DNA of 32,000 nt from Horticoccus luteus (GTDB lineage Bacteria; Verrucomicrobiota; Verrucomicrobiia; Opitutales; Opitutaceae), in contig NZ_CP080507.1 in NCBI RefSeq assembly GCF_019464535.1, positions 120,001 through 152,000 on the forward strand, given 5' to 3'. Each line of letters starts with the position of its first letter. The stretch's first letter is position 1. Made by a program: the position numbers and the translations under genes. Shown here one piece after another: positions 1 through 8,840 of the stretch. Under the pieces are notes generated by a model that worked only from the letters and a program-made list of their open reading frames with translations, was not told the DNA's origin and searched no databases.

Positions 1-1893
1 GGCGGAGGTGACGGGCCAGCAGTCGTTGAGCTGCCAGTAGAGCGCGCCCATGCAGCGCGGCATCTGGCGGCGGTAATGTTCGACGGCGACCTGCATGGAG
101 AAGGCCTCGTTCAACTCGGAGAGGTAGCAGAGCGCGTCCTGATTTTTGGGGTAACGATAGAGGCGGGAAACGTAGTCGAGGACGATCTGGTTGCCGGCGG
201 GATGTTTCTGATGGTTCTCCATCACGGGGCCGAACACGTTGTTCTGGCCGGGCGGGCAAAACGTGGCCTGGGCCTCGGGCGAGGCGAAGGCTTGCATGCC
301 GAATTCGGAGACGAAGCGGAACTGCCACTTCTCGTATTCCTTCACGGAACGGCCGGCGTGCCACACGGCCCAGAAATGGGTGTCGCCGCTGATCTCGCCG
401 AGCTTGGTGTCGGTGTAGTCGTTGCTGCGGCCGTCGCCGCGATAGGGTGACGTGGGCCAGTAGGGCGTGACGCCGTCGTGCGCGGCGACGGCGGCGGGGA
501 GCGCGTCGTGGAAGAGCGCGTGGTAGTTGCGGCGCAGATCGGGGGAGGCCTGAAGGGCGTCCCAGTTGAGCGTTTCGATTTCGTTGTTGCCGCACCAGAG
601 GGCGAGGCAGGCGCGGTGGCGGAGGCGGCGGATTTGGGCGTCGGCCTCGGCGCGGACGCTGGCGACAAAGGCGGCGTCGCCGGGATAGAGGACGCAGGCG
701 AACATGAAATCCTGCCACACGAGCAGGCCGAGTTCGTCGCAGAGATCGTAGAAGGATTCGTCTTCGTAAATGCCGCCGCCCCAGACGCGGAGCATGTTGA
801 GGTTGGCGGCGGCGGCGGCGCGGGTGTCGCGCGCGTAGTCGTCGCGCGTGAGGCCGGCGACGAGGATGTGCGCGGGCACCCAGTTGGCGCCCTTGGCGAA
901 GAGCGGGCGGCCGTTGACGACGAAGCGAAACGATTCGCCCCATTGGTCGGCGCTGCGGTCGAGCGCGAGGGTGCGCAAGCCGATGCGTTGGGACCATTGG
1001 CCAAAGGCGCGGCCGTCAGCCTCGAAGGCGGCGACGTGGACGGTGTAGAGCGGTTGCGCGCCGTGGCCGTTGGGCCACCAGAGTTGCGGCGCGTCGAGGG
1101 CGAGCGTGAGCGTTTCGGCGGGGCCGCGGAGCTCGGCGACCGTTGTGCCGTCGAGGGCGATGGTAACGTGATAGGTGACTTTCGGATCCGGGCGGGCGAG
1201 TTCGGGGGTGAGCGTGAGGGTGACGGCGGTGGCCGCGGCGGGAGCGGAGGCGCGGCGGCGGGGGGCGGACGGGCGGGCGTCGGAGGTGGGAGCGTGGTGC
1301 TGTGCGACGCGGACGGACTCGAGGCGGTTGGTGGTCCAGGCTTCGAGGCGGAGGTCGCGCCAGATGCCGGCGGTGAGGAGGCGAGGCGCCCAATCCCAGC
1401 CGAATTGGGACGGTTGCTTGCGGAGGACGGAGCCGCGGCCGACGGCGTCGTTGAACTCTTTCGGCTGATGTTCGGGGCGCGTCGCGCGGACAGCGGCGGC
1501 GGCGCTGGCGAAGACGATGCGCAGTTCGTTGCGGCCACGGCGGAGGTGGGCGCGGACGGATACGCGCAGCGGGACGAACATGTTGTCGGACGTGGCGACG
1601 CGGCGGCCGTTGAGATAGACGGTGGCGAGGGTGTCGAGGCCGTCGCACACGAGATCGATTTCCGTCTCGGCGAGCAGGGGGGCGGGCGCGGTGAAGGTGG
1701 TGCGATATTCCCAGTCGCGCTCCTCAATCCATTGGAGGGAGAGCTCGTTGGTGCCGAAAAAGGGATCGGGAATGAGGCCGGCGCGCTGGAGGTCGCGGTG
1801 AACGCAGCCGGGGACGGCGGCGGAGTGCCAGCGGGAGCGTTGGGTGGCGTCGCGGAATTGCCAGGCCGCGGAAGCAAGGGGCAGGGTGGTCAT
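1..1893 (-). CDS. Glycoside hydrolase family 2 beta-mannosidase; N-terminal 631 codons, C-terminus runs off the left window edge
   Basis: Absent from the ORF track because it is open to the edge. ATG is the reverse complement of cat at 1891-1893. I scanned the minus frame (plus-strand triplets at 3k+1..3k+3) from 1 to 1893 and found no TTA/CTA/TCA. Translation starts MTTLPLASAAWQFRDATQRSRWHSAAVPGCVHRDLQRAGLIPDPFFGTNE. Later motifs are LWCGNNE, YWPTSPY, GDTHFWAVWH, FVSEFGMQ and GALYWQLNDCWP, which are hallmark GH2 beta-mannosidase motifs. No signal peptide. Confidence 0.9.
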   Translation of the reverse strand, partial: MTTLPLASAAWQFRDATQRSRWHSAAVPGCVHRDLQRAGLIPDPFFGTNELSLQWIEERDWEYRTTFTAPAPLLAETEIDLVCDGLDTLATVYLNGRRVATSDNMFVPLRVSVRAHLRRGRNELRIVFASAAAAVRATRPEHQPKEFNDAVGRGSVLRKQPSQFGWDWAPRLLTAGIWRDLRLEAWTTNRLESVRVAQHHAPTSDARPSAPRRRASAPAAATAVTLTLTPELARPDPKVTYHVTIALDGTTVAELRGPAETLTLALDAPQLWWPNGHGAQPLYTVHVAAFEADGRAFGQWSQRIGLRTLALDRSADQWGESFRFVVNGRPLFAKGANWVPAHILVAGLTRDDYARDTRAAAAANLNMLRVWGGGIYEDESFYDLCDELGLLVWQDFMFACVLYPGDAAFVASVRAEADAQIRRLRHRACLALWCGNNEIETLNWDALQASPDLRRNYHALFHDALPAAVAAHDGVTPYWPTSPYRGDGRSNDYTDTKLGEISGDTHFWAVWHAGRSVKEYEKWQFRFVSEFGMQAFASPEAQATFCPPGQNNVFGPVMENHQKHPAGNQIVLDYVSRLYRYPKNQDALCYLSELNEAFSMQVAVEHYRRQMPRCMGALYWQLNDCWPVTSA

Positions 1894-2046
1894 GCGGGGG
1901 AGACGAAACCAAGTGTTCAAACACGTGAGGTGCAACCGGCCCAGCCGAAAGGAGTGAAAATGCGAGGGAGCGGGGTGAGACGGAGAGCGGGAAGGAGCGC
2001 TGAGCGGGGAGGCAGTGAAGGTGGATGAGGCGGCGAGGGCGCAGAC

Positions 2047-2078
2047 GCGCGGAGCGGGGTGAGGGCACCCCGCCTACA
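2047..2078. repeat. REP-like palindromic element, copy 1 (GCGGGGTG-AGGG-CACCCCGC core)
   Basis: gcgcggagcggggtgagggcaccccgcctaca. Perfect 8-bp inverted repeat at 2054-2061 / 2066-2073. 30/32 identical to 21493-21524. Lies just downstream of the stop of the 2091-2981 gene. Confidence 0.7.
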
Positions 2079-2090
2079 TTAGGGAGCGGG

Positions 2091-2981
2091 TCAGGGGCGG
2101 AGTCGCGCGAGGAGTTCACGGACGCCGTCGATGGGAGAGCCGCTCACCGGTGCGAGGGCGAGCGGGGTGCGCGCGGCGAGGGCGGAGTGGACAACAGGGT
2201 GAATGAGGATCGGGCCGCTGAGGCCGGCGGGCAGGACGTCGAGAGCGGTGTCGGGAAAAAGTTTCGTGGCAACGCGGGTGGCGAGTTCGGCGAGTTCGAG
2301 CACGGAAGCGACGACGAGTTGATGCGCGGTGGCATCGCCTTCGCTCGCGAGGCGGAGAAGGGCGGGCGCGAGGCCGGCGATCTTCTGGCTGGCTTGCGGA
2401 TCGTGGTAGAAGAAACGCGTGAGGGCGCCGGCGTCGGCGAGGCCGGTGTAATCGCAGAGCGTGGTGGCGAGACGCGAGGGAGGGCCCCAGCCTTGGAGTT
2501 CGAGGAGGGCGCGGGCGATCGCGCGCCGGCCGAGGTCGTAGCCGCAACCGGGATCGCCGAAGCGCCAGCCGAGTCCGCCGGCGTAGTGCAGGGCACCCGC
2601 GGCGTCGCGCGCGGCGACGAACGAACCGGTGCCGGCGTGGAGCACGAGGCCGGGCTGGCCGTGCGTGGCGAGTTCGAGGACGGGGAGGGAATCGTCGGCG
2701 GTTTGCACGGCGCCGAAGCCGGAAAGGGTGGCGGCGAACTCGCGCCAGAAGGCGCGGTTGCCCGCGAGGCAGAGGAGCGTGGCGGAAATCGTTTCGCCGG
2801 CGGGGACGGCGGCAGCGAGCGCGCAAAGGGTGTCGGTGACGACGAGGCGCGCCTGATCGGCGCCGGCCACGCTGGGGTTGCAGCCGGGAGCGAGGTGGCG
2901 CGCGAGGATGTCGCCGTGCACGTTGACGAGGATGCCTTCGGTTTTGGTGCCGCCGCCGTCGAGGCCGATTTTGCAGCTCAT
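2091..2981 (-). CDS. BadF/BadG/BcrA/BcrD-type ATPase, N-acetylglucosamine-kinase-like sugar kinase
   Basis: 296-aa ORF with an ATG start. N-terminal phosphate-1 motif MSCKIGLDGGGTKTEG, later HAGTGS and GGLGWRFGDPGCGYDLG, as in ASKHA-fold GlcNAc kinases. Confidence 0.85.
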   Translation of the reverse strand: MSCKIGLDGGGTKTEGILVNVHGDILARHLAPGCNPSVAGADQARLVVTDTLCALAAAVPAGETISATLLCLAGNRAFWREFAATLSGFGAVQTADDSLPVLELATHGQPGLVLHAGTGSFVAARDAAGALHYAGGLGWRFGDPGCGYDLGRRAIARALLELQGWGPPSRLATTLCDYTGLADAGALTRFFYHDPQASQKIAGLAPALLRLASEGDATAHQLVVASVLELAELATRVATKLFPDTALDVLPAGLSGPILIHPVVHSALAARTPLALAPVSGSPIDGVRELLARLRP

Positions 2982-2992
2982 GGGAAAGGATT

Positions 2993-3030
2993 AACCACGA
3001 AACACACGGAAGACACGAAAGGGAAAAGCG
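2993..3030 (-). promoter_or_regulatory. Phased triple TTCGTG-type direct-repeat motif, copy A
   Basis: The minus strand reads ccgcttttccctTTCGTGtctTCCGTGtgtTTCGTGgtt. Hexamers (as CACGAA/CACGGA on the plus strand) sit at 2996-3001, 3005-3010 and 3014-3019, with 9-bp phasing. The motif ends 14 nt upstream of the ATG at 2981. A related copy lies at 8269-8306. Confidence 0.4.
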
Positions 3031-3123
3031 GCCGAGGGAAACGAAGTGGTGGGGGCCGGCGAATCACGCGGAGAGACGCGAAGGCCGGAGCGCTGGGGGC
3101 AGTGAAGCCGGCGCGGGCTGGCT

Positions 3124-3858
3124 TCAGGCGAGCTGGCGGGAGAGGCGGCCTTTGTAGGTCTGGCCGAGGGCGCGGTTGTGTTCGATCGCGCCGGGGAGGT
3201 TTTGACTGCGAAGGAGCGGGAGCGGATGGCCGTGGGTTTTGAGCCAGTCGATGGTGGCGAGCATGAGCCAGTTGAGGACGGAGGCGCCGATGAAGGTCGA
3301 CGTGGGGCCGGCCATGACGCCTTCGCCCGTATCGACGATCGCATCACCGGGCACGCCGCCGTTGTCGAGGGTGTAGTCGGCGACCTCGAAGAGGCGTTGG
3401 CCACCCGGGTGTTGGGAGGGCGTGATCTCGGACATGGCGCGGCAGGTGAGCGCGACGACGGTGAGGCCTTTTTTCTTGGCGTAGAGGGCGACGTCGATGG
3501 GAGAGGTGTTTTTGCCGGAGTTGGAGATGACGAGGACGATTTCGCCGGGGAGGAGTTGATATTGGCGGTCGTAGCGTTCGATGAGTTTGGTGCCGTAGCC
3601 GGGCAGGTTTTCGATGAAGCCGCCGGTGGGATCGATGATGCCGGTGACGCAGACGAGTCCGCCGGCGCGGCCGATGATTTCGCGGGAGATGAGTTCGCTG
3701 TGACCGGAGCCGAAAGTGTGGATGACGCCGCCGCGGGCGATGGATGCGCCGAGGAGGGGCGCGAGCGCGGTGAGCGTGGGGGCGTTGGCGGACCAGGCGC
3801 GGGCGAGCAGGTCGTTGGCGCGGGAGAAATAGGCGTCGGAGAGAGGAGAGAGCGTCAT
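3124..3858 (-). CDS. SIS (sugar isomerase) domain protein, UPF0309-like
   Basis: 244 aa with an ATG start. GGVIHTFGSGHSELISREIIGRAGGL and VISNSGKNTSPIDVA match the SIS phosphosugar-binding fold. Confidence 0.8.
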   Translation of the reverse strand: MTLSPLSDAYFSRANDLLARAWSANAPTLTALAPLLGASIARGGVIHTFGSGHSELISREIIGRAGGLVCVTGIIDPTGGFIENLPGYGTKLIERYDRQYQLLPGEIVLVISNSGKNTSPIDVALYAKKKGLTVVALTCRAMSEITPSQHPGGQRLFEVADYTLDNGGVPGDAIVDTGEGVMAGPTSTFIGASVLNWLMLATIDWLKTHGHPLPLLRSQNLPGAIEHNRALGQTYKGRLSRQLA

Positions 3859-3976
3859 GGGAAATGGGAGGGTCGGGAAGCGGGGAGCCGGGGGCGCACT
3901 TTTGTCCGGGCGGGGCGCGAGACGAGATTCTTTTTCCTCGGCAGAGGTGCGGGCGGCTGCCAGAACGGCGGCTCTT

Positions 3977-5962
3977 ATGCGCCCCCTCGTATCGTCCGGC
4001 TGGTTGTTGGCTGCGTTGTTAATTTCGCCGGTGCTTGCGAGCGCGGCGAATCAGCCGGCGCCGCCGGCGTTGGTGCCGATCGAGGATTTTGCGCAGACAC
4101 CGATCGTGTCAGGCATGCGGATGTCGCCGGACGGCAAGGCGGTGGCCTACACGGCCTCGGCGGACCAAAAAACGGCGATCGTGATCAAGGACCTGGACAC
4201 GGGCAAAGTGTCGGGCGTGGACGATGGGTGGGCGCCGACGTGGGTGAATGACGGGCGGATCGCATTTGGGGGAAATGGCTTCGCGGCGATCGATCGCGAT
4301 GGGTCAAACTACAAGGGGCTCGCGGGACGGGCGCGGCAAATGGAGACGCATCAGGTCGATGGCTTGCTCGTAGCGCCGTCTCCGATCTTCAGCGAGTTCA
4401 CGACGAAGGCGAACAAGGATGACGTGCTGCTGCTGCAGTATGATTATCCGAACTGGCGGGGGCGTTACTCGATTATATTATCTTTTCCGCATGTGCTGCG
4501 AATGGACACGCGGTCCGGCGGTTTCATGCGCATGGTGGAAAATCCAGGGGATGTCATGGGCTGGGGTTTGGACGCGAGCGGCGTCGTGCGCGTGGGCGTG
4601 GAATACAATAAAGGTCTCTACCGGGTGCTGTATCGCGATGACGCGAAGCAGGGCTGGCGGGTCTTGAAAGGGCTGGACTGGGAGCGGCGCGGGACCTCGG
4701 TGCGGGGGATGAGCGCGGACGGCAAGCAGCTCTATCTCGGCCGGATTTCAGACAACGGAAAGTGGGCGCTGTATACTTACGATATCGCCGATGAAAAGAT
4801 GGGCGAGATGCTGCTCGGTCACGCGAAGTATGATATCGGCTCGTTCGACGGTGATGGCTCGGAGTTGATGCTCGCCCGCCAGACGCGGGAGCTCCTCGGG
4901 GTGCGTTACGTGGCGGAGATTCCGAAGACGCAATGGTTCGACCAGCAAATGGCGTCGATCCAAGCGGCGCTGGACAAGAGCCTGCCGGAGCGCATCAACA
5001 CGATCACCGACATGGATGTGGCGCGGCAGAGGTTTTTGGTGAACTCCTCTTCGGCGCGCGATCCGGGCACCTATTACGTTTTCGATCTTGGGAAGCAGCA
5101 ACTGACTCCGGTGATGGCGACGATGCCGTGGATCAAGCCGGACCAGATGGCGGAGATGATCCCGATCACCTACAAGTCGCGCGATGGGCTGCCGATCCAC
5201 GGTTTTCTTACGCTGCCGGCCGGGCGGGGCACCAAGAAGCTGCCCTTGGTGGTGATGCCGCACGGCGGCCCGTTTGTGCGGGAGACTTATCGCTTCAATC
5301 CCGACGTGCAGTTCCTGGCGAATCGGGGCTACGCGGTGCTGCAGATGAATTTTCGTGGTTCGCCGGGCTTCGGGCAGGCGTTTCTCGACGCGGGAAAGCA
5401 TCAAGTGGGCACGGGGATGATCGACGACATCACCGATGGTGCGAAGTGGGCGATCGCCAAGGGGATCGCGGATCCCGATCGCGTGGCAATCATGGGCTGG
5501 AGTTACGGCGGCTACGCGGCGCTGATGGGCGTCATTCGGGAACCGAAATTATTCCGGTGCGCGATCGACCTCGCGGGCGTGACGGATTGGAAGGCGATCT
5601 TGAAATACGACAACGAAGTGAGTCCGAACTCCCTGCCGTATACGCGTGATTACATTGGGGATTTTCAGAAGGACGCGGCGGCGCTCGACGACATTTCGCC
5701 GGTCTATCACGCGGACGCGATTCAGGTGCCGCTCCTGCTGGTTTACAGTAAGTCGGACGATACGGTGCACTACGACCAGGCGACGGCGATCACCAAGGCG
5801 TTGGACAAGGCGGGCAAGCCCTACGAGTTCATGGCGAAGTTCAACGAAGGGCATGGTTTCTACGAGAAGAAGCACCGCGTAGCGCTTTATCAGACGATCG
5901 AGGCGTTTCTCGCGAAGAACATGGGTCCGGCGGCGGCGGGTGCCGCGACGGGCGCGAACTGA
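3977..5962 (+). CDS. Secreted S9 family serine peptidase (prolyl oligopeptidase / dipeptidyl aminopeptidase-like)
   Basis: The track ORF starts at 3857. I prefer the ATG at 3977, which gives a signal peptide MRPLVSSGWLLAALLISPVLASA. Catalytic triad context: GWSYGG (Ser), SKSDDTV (Asp), NEGHGF (His). N-terminal propeller-like region. Confidence 0.9.
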   Translation: MRPLVSSGWLLAALLISPVLASAANQPAPPALVPIEDFAQTPIVSGMRMSPDGKAVAYTASADQKTAIVIKDLDTGKVSGVDDGWAPTWVNDGRIAFGGNGFAAIDRDGSNYKGLAGRARQMETHQVDGLLVAPSPIFSEFTTKANKDDVLLLQYDYPNWRGRYSIILSFPHVLRMDTRSGGFMRMVENPGDVMGWGLDASGVVRVGVEYNKGLYRVLYRDDAKQGWRVLKGLDWERRGTSVRGMSADGKQLYLGRISDNGKWALYTYDIADEKMGEMLLGHAKYDIGSFDGDGSELMLARQTRELLGVRYVAEIPKTQWFDQQMASIQAALDKSLPERINTITDMDVARQRFLVNSSSARDPGTYYVFDLGKQQLTPVMATMPWIKPDQMAEMIPITYKSRDGLPIHGFLTLPAGRGTKKLPLVVMPHGGPFVRETYRFNPDVQFLANRGYAVLQMNFRGSPGFGQAFLDAGKHQVGTGMIDDITDGAKWAIAKGIADPDRVAIMGWSYGGYAALMGVIREPKLFRCAIDLAGVTDWKAILKYDNEVSPNSLPYTRDYIGDFQKDAAALDDISPVYHADAIQVPLLLVYSKSDDTVHYDQATAITKALDKAGKPYEFMAKFNEGHGFYEKKHRVALYQTIEAFLAKNMGPAAAGAATGAN

Positions 5963-6174
5963 CGCGCGGCTGTCCGGGCGAGGCGGGCGCGGGCGCGGGA
6001 AGCGCACGCGCCGGCGGCGGGGACGGAGGCGATGCGGGGGGGGGCGAGTGCGCGCGAAGAAAGCCAAGGCATGGGACACAGGGTTCACCGCGCTCCGACA
6101 CGGAGAAAAGGCAGGAGGCCGGTCGATGGTCGGGACGTGAGAGGGCGACGGGTGTTTCGCGTCGAGTGGACGGG

Positions 6175-6930
6175 CTAAACTGCCGCGCGGCGGAGCGCAC
6201 GGCCCACTTGGGTTGGCGTGTCGCGCAACTGGATTCGCGGCTGAGCCGGCGAAGGCGGGGAAGAACTCTCACGCGCGCGGAGTTCGCGGAGGGCGTCGGC
6301 GGCGATCCAGCGGGCGGCAGAGGAGTCGAGGCGGGCGATGCGCGCGGCTTCGGCGAGCGCGGCGCGGTGGAGGCGCGGGTTGCGTTTGCCGATCTGGCGG
6401 AGCGCCCAGTTGACGGCTTTGCGCACGAAGTTTCGTTCGTCGGTCGCTTCGCGGGTGATGACGGGAAGGAAGTCGAGGAAGACGGCGTCGGGCAGTTCCT
6501 TGCGATGCACGGCCATGCCGGCCATGACGGCGAAGGCGGTGCGTTTCACGAATTCAGCACGGCGCGCGCTCCAAGCGTGGGCCTGGGCGGCGGCGAAGGG
6601 GGTGCGGTCGACGAGGAAGGCGAGGGAATCGGCGAGGGCCCAGTTATCGGTGTCGCGCACCCAGCGGTCGGCTTGGCTGGATGTGAGTTGGGGCGGGTCG
6701 GCGACGAAGGTGGCGAGGAGACGGGCGTCTTGAATACCGCTGGCCCATAACGCGAGCGCGAGGGCATGATCGCGGCGGTGCGGGCGCGCAAGGGTGCGCA
6801 GAACGGGAATCGCGATGCCGAGGTGTTCACCGGCGGGGCGGACGCCGAAGCGGTGTTGTCCGGCGATGGCGGTGTCGCTGCGCAGTGAGCGCAGGTAGGC
6901 GATGAGGGCTTCGGCCGCAGCGGAACTCAT
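6175..6930 (-). CDS. DNA alkylation repair protein (AlkD-like HEAT-repeat family)
   Basis: 251 aa with an ATG start. Pattern typical of the DNA_alkylation family: NWALADS, RRAEFVKRTAF, DERNFVRKAVNWALRQIGKRN. Confidence 0.8.
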   Translation of the reverse strand: MSSAAAEALIAYLRSLRSDTAIAGQHRFGVRPAGEHLGIAIPVLRTLARPHRRDHALALALWASGIQDARLLATFVADPPQLTSSQADRWVRDTDNWALADSLAFLVDRTPFAAAQAHAWSARRAEFVKRTAFAVMAGMAVHRKELPDAVFLDFLPVITREATDERNFVRKAVNWALRQIGKRNPRLHRAALAEAARIARLDSSAARWIAADALRELRARESSSPPSPAQPRIQLRDTPTQVGRALRRAAV

Positions 6931-7098
6931 GCTGAGGTTACTCGTCAGGAATCGAGTGATCGACGTTGAGGGTCAGGAGCGAAACGTCGGCAAAAACCAC
7001 CAGCGATGGAGGGAGTTCGTCGCGTTGGCGAATGCGCGGCGCCGGGAAAACGTGTTGGGTCGCGGGAAGCCGCGGGGCGTCGGTCGGGCGGCGGGGTT

Positions 7099-8169
7099 TT
7101 AAGATGCGGGCGCGGTGCGGGTGCGGCGCGCGCGGACGGCGGCGGCGAGGGTGGCGAGGACGGGGAGGGTTTTTTCCCACGAGAGGCAGGCGTCGGTGAT
7201 GCTGCGGCCGTAAACGCGCGGTTCGGCGCGGTAGTCCTGGGTGCCGCCGACGAGGTGGCTCTCGAGCATGACGGCGGCGAGGGCGCGTTCGCCGGCGGCG
7301 AGTTGCGCGGCGAGTTCGGCGGCGACGGCGGGCTGGCGTTCGGCGTCTTTGCCACTGTTGGCGTGACTGCAATCGATCATCACGTGCGGCGGGAGCTGGT
7401 TGGCGCGGAGGAGTTCGGTGGCGGCGCGGAGGTGGTCGGCGGAAAAGTTGGGGCCGCGCGTGCCGCCGCGGAGGACGAGGTGCGTGTGCTCGTTGCCGGT
7501 GGTGCCCATGACGGCGGGCGCACCTTCGCGGGTGAGCGAGGGGAACCAGTGGGGATGACGGGCGGAGCGGATGGCATCGATCGCGACCTGGAGATCGCCG
7601 TCGGTGCGGTTTTTGAACCCGACGGGCATGGAGAGGCCGGACGCGAGCTCGCGGTGGATCTGGCTCTCGACGGTGCGCGCGCCGATGGCGCCCCACGAGA
7701 CGAGGTCGGCGTAGTATTGCCCGAGCGTGGTATCGAGAAACTCGGTGGCGACGGGGAGGCCGAGGGCGACGACGTCGAGCATGAGTTTGCGGGCGAGGCG
7801 GAGACCGGCGTTGATCTGAAAACTGCCGTCGAGAAACGGGTCGTTGATGAGGCCTTTCCAGCCGACGACGGTGCGCGGTTTTTCAAAATACACGCGCATG
7901 ACGAGGAGCAGCGTGTCCGCGTAGAGTGGGGCGAGGTCGCGAAGGCGTTGCGCGTAGTCGAGCGCGGCGGCGGGATCGTGAATCGAACAGGGGCCGACGA
8001 TGACGAGGAGACGGTCGTCCTGGCCGGTGAGGATGGCGGCGATGTCGCGGCGGCTGCGGGCGATGAGCGCGGCGCTGGCGGCAGTGAGCGGGAGATCGTC
8101 CTCCAGCACGGCGGGCGCGATGAGCGGTTTGGTGGCGCGGATACGCAGGTCGGCGGTCGGCTGGTTCAT
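7099..8169 (-). CDS. aroG: 3-deoxy-7-phosphoheptulonate (DAHP) synthase, class I
   Basis: The track ORF extends to 8355, but the recognisable protein starts at the ATG at 8169 (MNQPTADLRIRATKPLIAP). Diagnostic motifs: LVIVGPCSIHD, MRVYFEKPRTVVGWKGLINDP, GARTVESQIHRELASGLSMPVGFKN, IDCSHANS. The isozyme (aroF/G/H) cannot be resolved. Confidence 0.95.
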   Translation of the reverse strand: MNQPTADLRIRATKPLIAPAVLEDDLPLTAASAALIARSRRDIAAILTGQDDRLLVIVGPCSIHDPAAALDYAQRLRDLAPLYADTLLLVMRVYFEKPRTVVGWKGLINDPFLDGSFQINAGLRLARKLMLDVVALGLPVATEFLDTTLGQYYADLVSWGAIGARTVESQIHRELASGLSMPVGFKNRTDGDLQVAIDAIRSARHPHWFPSLTREGAPAVMGTTGNEHTHLVLRGGTRGPNFSADHLRAATELLRANQLPPHVMIDCSHANSGKDAERQPAVAAELAAQLAAGERALAAVMLESHLVGGTQDYRAEPRVYGRSITDACLSWEKTLPVLATLAAAVRARRTRTAPAS

Positions 8170-8268
8170 GGCAAAGGGGTTGACCGTAGGCGGGCGGCGA
8201 CGGCAAAGGCAAGCGGAGCGAGCGCGCGTCAGGTGGGCGCGGAAGGCAGGCGGCAACGCGAGGCAGCA

Positions 8269-8306
8269 GAACCACGAATGGACACGAAGAAACACGAATG
8301 AAAGCG
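8269..8306 (-). promoter_or_regulatory. Phased triple TTCGTG direct-repeat motif, copy B
   Basis: The minus strand reads cgctttcaTTCGTGtttcTTCGTGtccaTTCGTGgttc. Hexamers sit at 8273-8278, 8283-8288 and 8293-8298 with exact 10-bp phasing, about 100 nt upstream of the aroG ATG. Confidence 0.4.
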
Positions 8307-8450
8307 AAGTGCGGCGGGATCTGACAAACCACCGCGCGCGGAGCGCCCGGTCCACCAGCGCTGCGTCAGTATGAAATGCGTGCGGCGATAGGGCAGGCGC
8401 TCCGCGGGCCTACGCTGCGAGTTTCACGCGCGGAAAGGAGCGTGGCGATG

Positions 8451-8840
8451 TCACCGGCGTGGCGCGGCTCGGCGGCTGAGGCAGGTGCGCCAAATCCACC
8501 ACGCGAAGAGCAGTTGAAAGGGGAGGCGCGCCCACAAAACCCAGCGGGGCAGATCGACGCCGGGCCAGCCGTGGAGAGCGACGTGAACGTTCGCGGGAAA
8601 CACCGCCACCAGTAACGCGAGGAGGCCCCAACCGGCGAGGCGGCGCGTCGCGGGGAGGAAAACGCCGAGGCCGCCGAGGATTTCCGCGAGGCCGCTGATC
8701 GCGAGCAACGCGCCGGGCGCGGGCAGCCACGGCGGCATCATCGCGAGATACGGTTGAGGATGGAGAAAGTGGTTGGCCCCAGCGGCGATGAAGAAGAGGC
8801 CGAGGAGCCAGCGACCGTAAGGTAACGAGGATGCGCGCAT
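8451..8840 (-). CDS. DoxX-like small integral membrane protein
   Basis: Four hydrophobic segments. LLGLFFIAAGANHF and AISGLAEILGGLGVF resemble the DoxX/DoxX-like family. I prefer the ATG at 8840 (MRASSLPYGRW) over the track start at 8924. Confidence 0.6.
   Translation of the reverse strand: MRASSLPYGRWLLGLFFIAAGANHFLHPQPYLAMMPPWLPAPGALLAISGLAEILGGLGVFLPATRRLAGWGLLALLVAVFPANVHVALHGWPGVDLPRWVLWARLPFQLLFAWWIWRTCLSRRAAPRR

Noticed and set aside
1912-1923. Inverted repeat GTGTT-CA-AACAC about 20-30 nt upstream of the beta-mannosidase ATG, as a possible operator.
   Set aside because: It has 5-bp arms only and no second copy in the window, so it is indistinguishable from chance.
342-2028. Track ORFs 342..1877 (-, 511 aa), 478..2028 (+, 516 aa), and smaller ones inside the first 2 kb.
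   Set aside because: Their compositions are extreme: P/S/A/T-rich on one strand and G/E/A/V/R-rich on the other. None carries a recognisable motif. The third minus frame (1-1893) translates into a textbook GH2 beta-mannosidase, so these are frame shadows of that gene.
8170-8355. N-terminal extension of DAHP synthase (track start 8355), and a possible aromatic-amino-acid leader peptide upstream of aroG.
   Set aside because: The extension (MDRALRARWFVRSRR...) has no counterpart in class I DAHP synthases, and it reads through the TTCGTG repeat motif. I found no short Phe/Tyr/Trp-rich ORF and no terminator hairpin in 8170-8450, so an attenuator is not supported.
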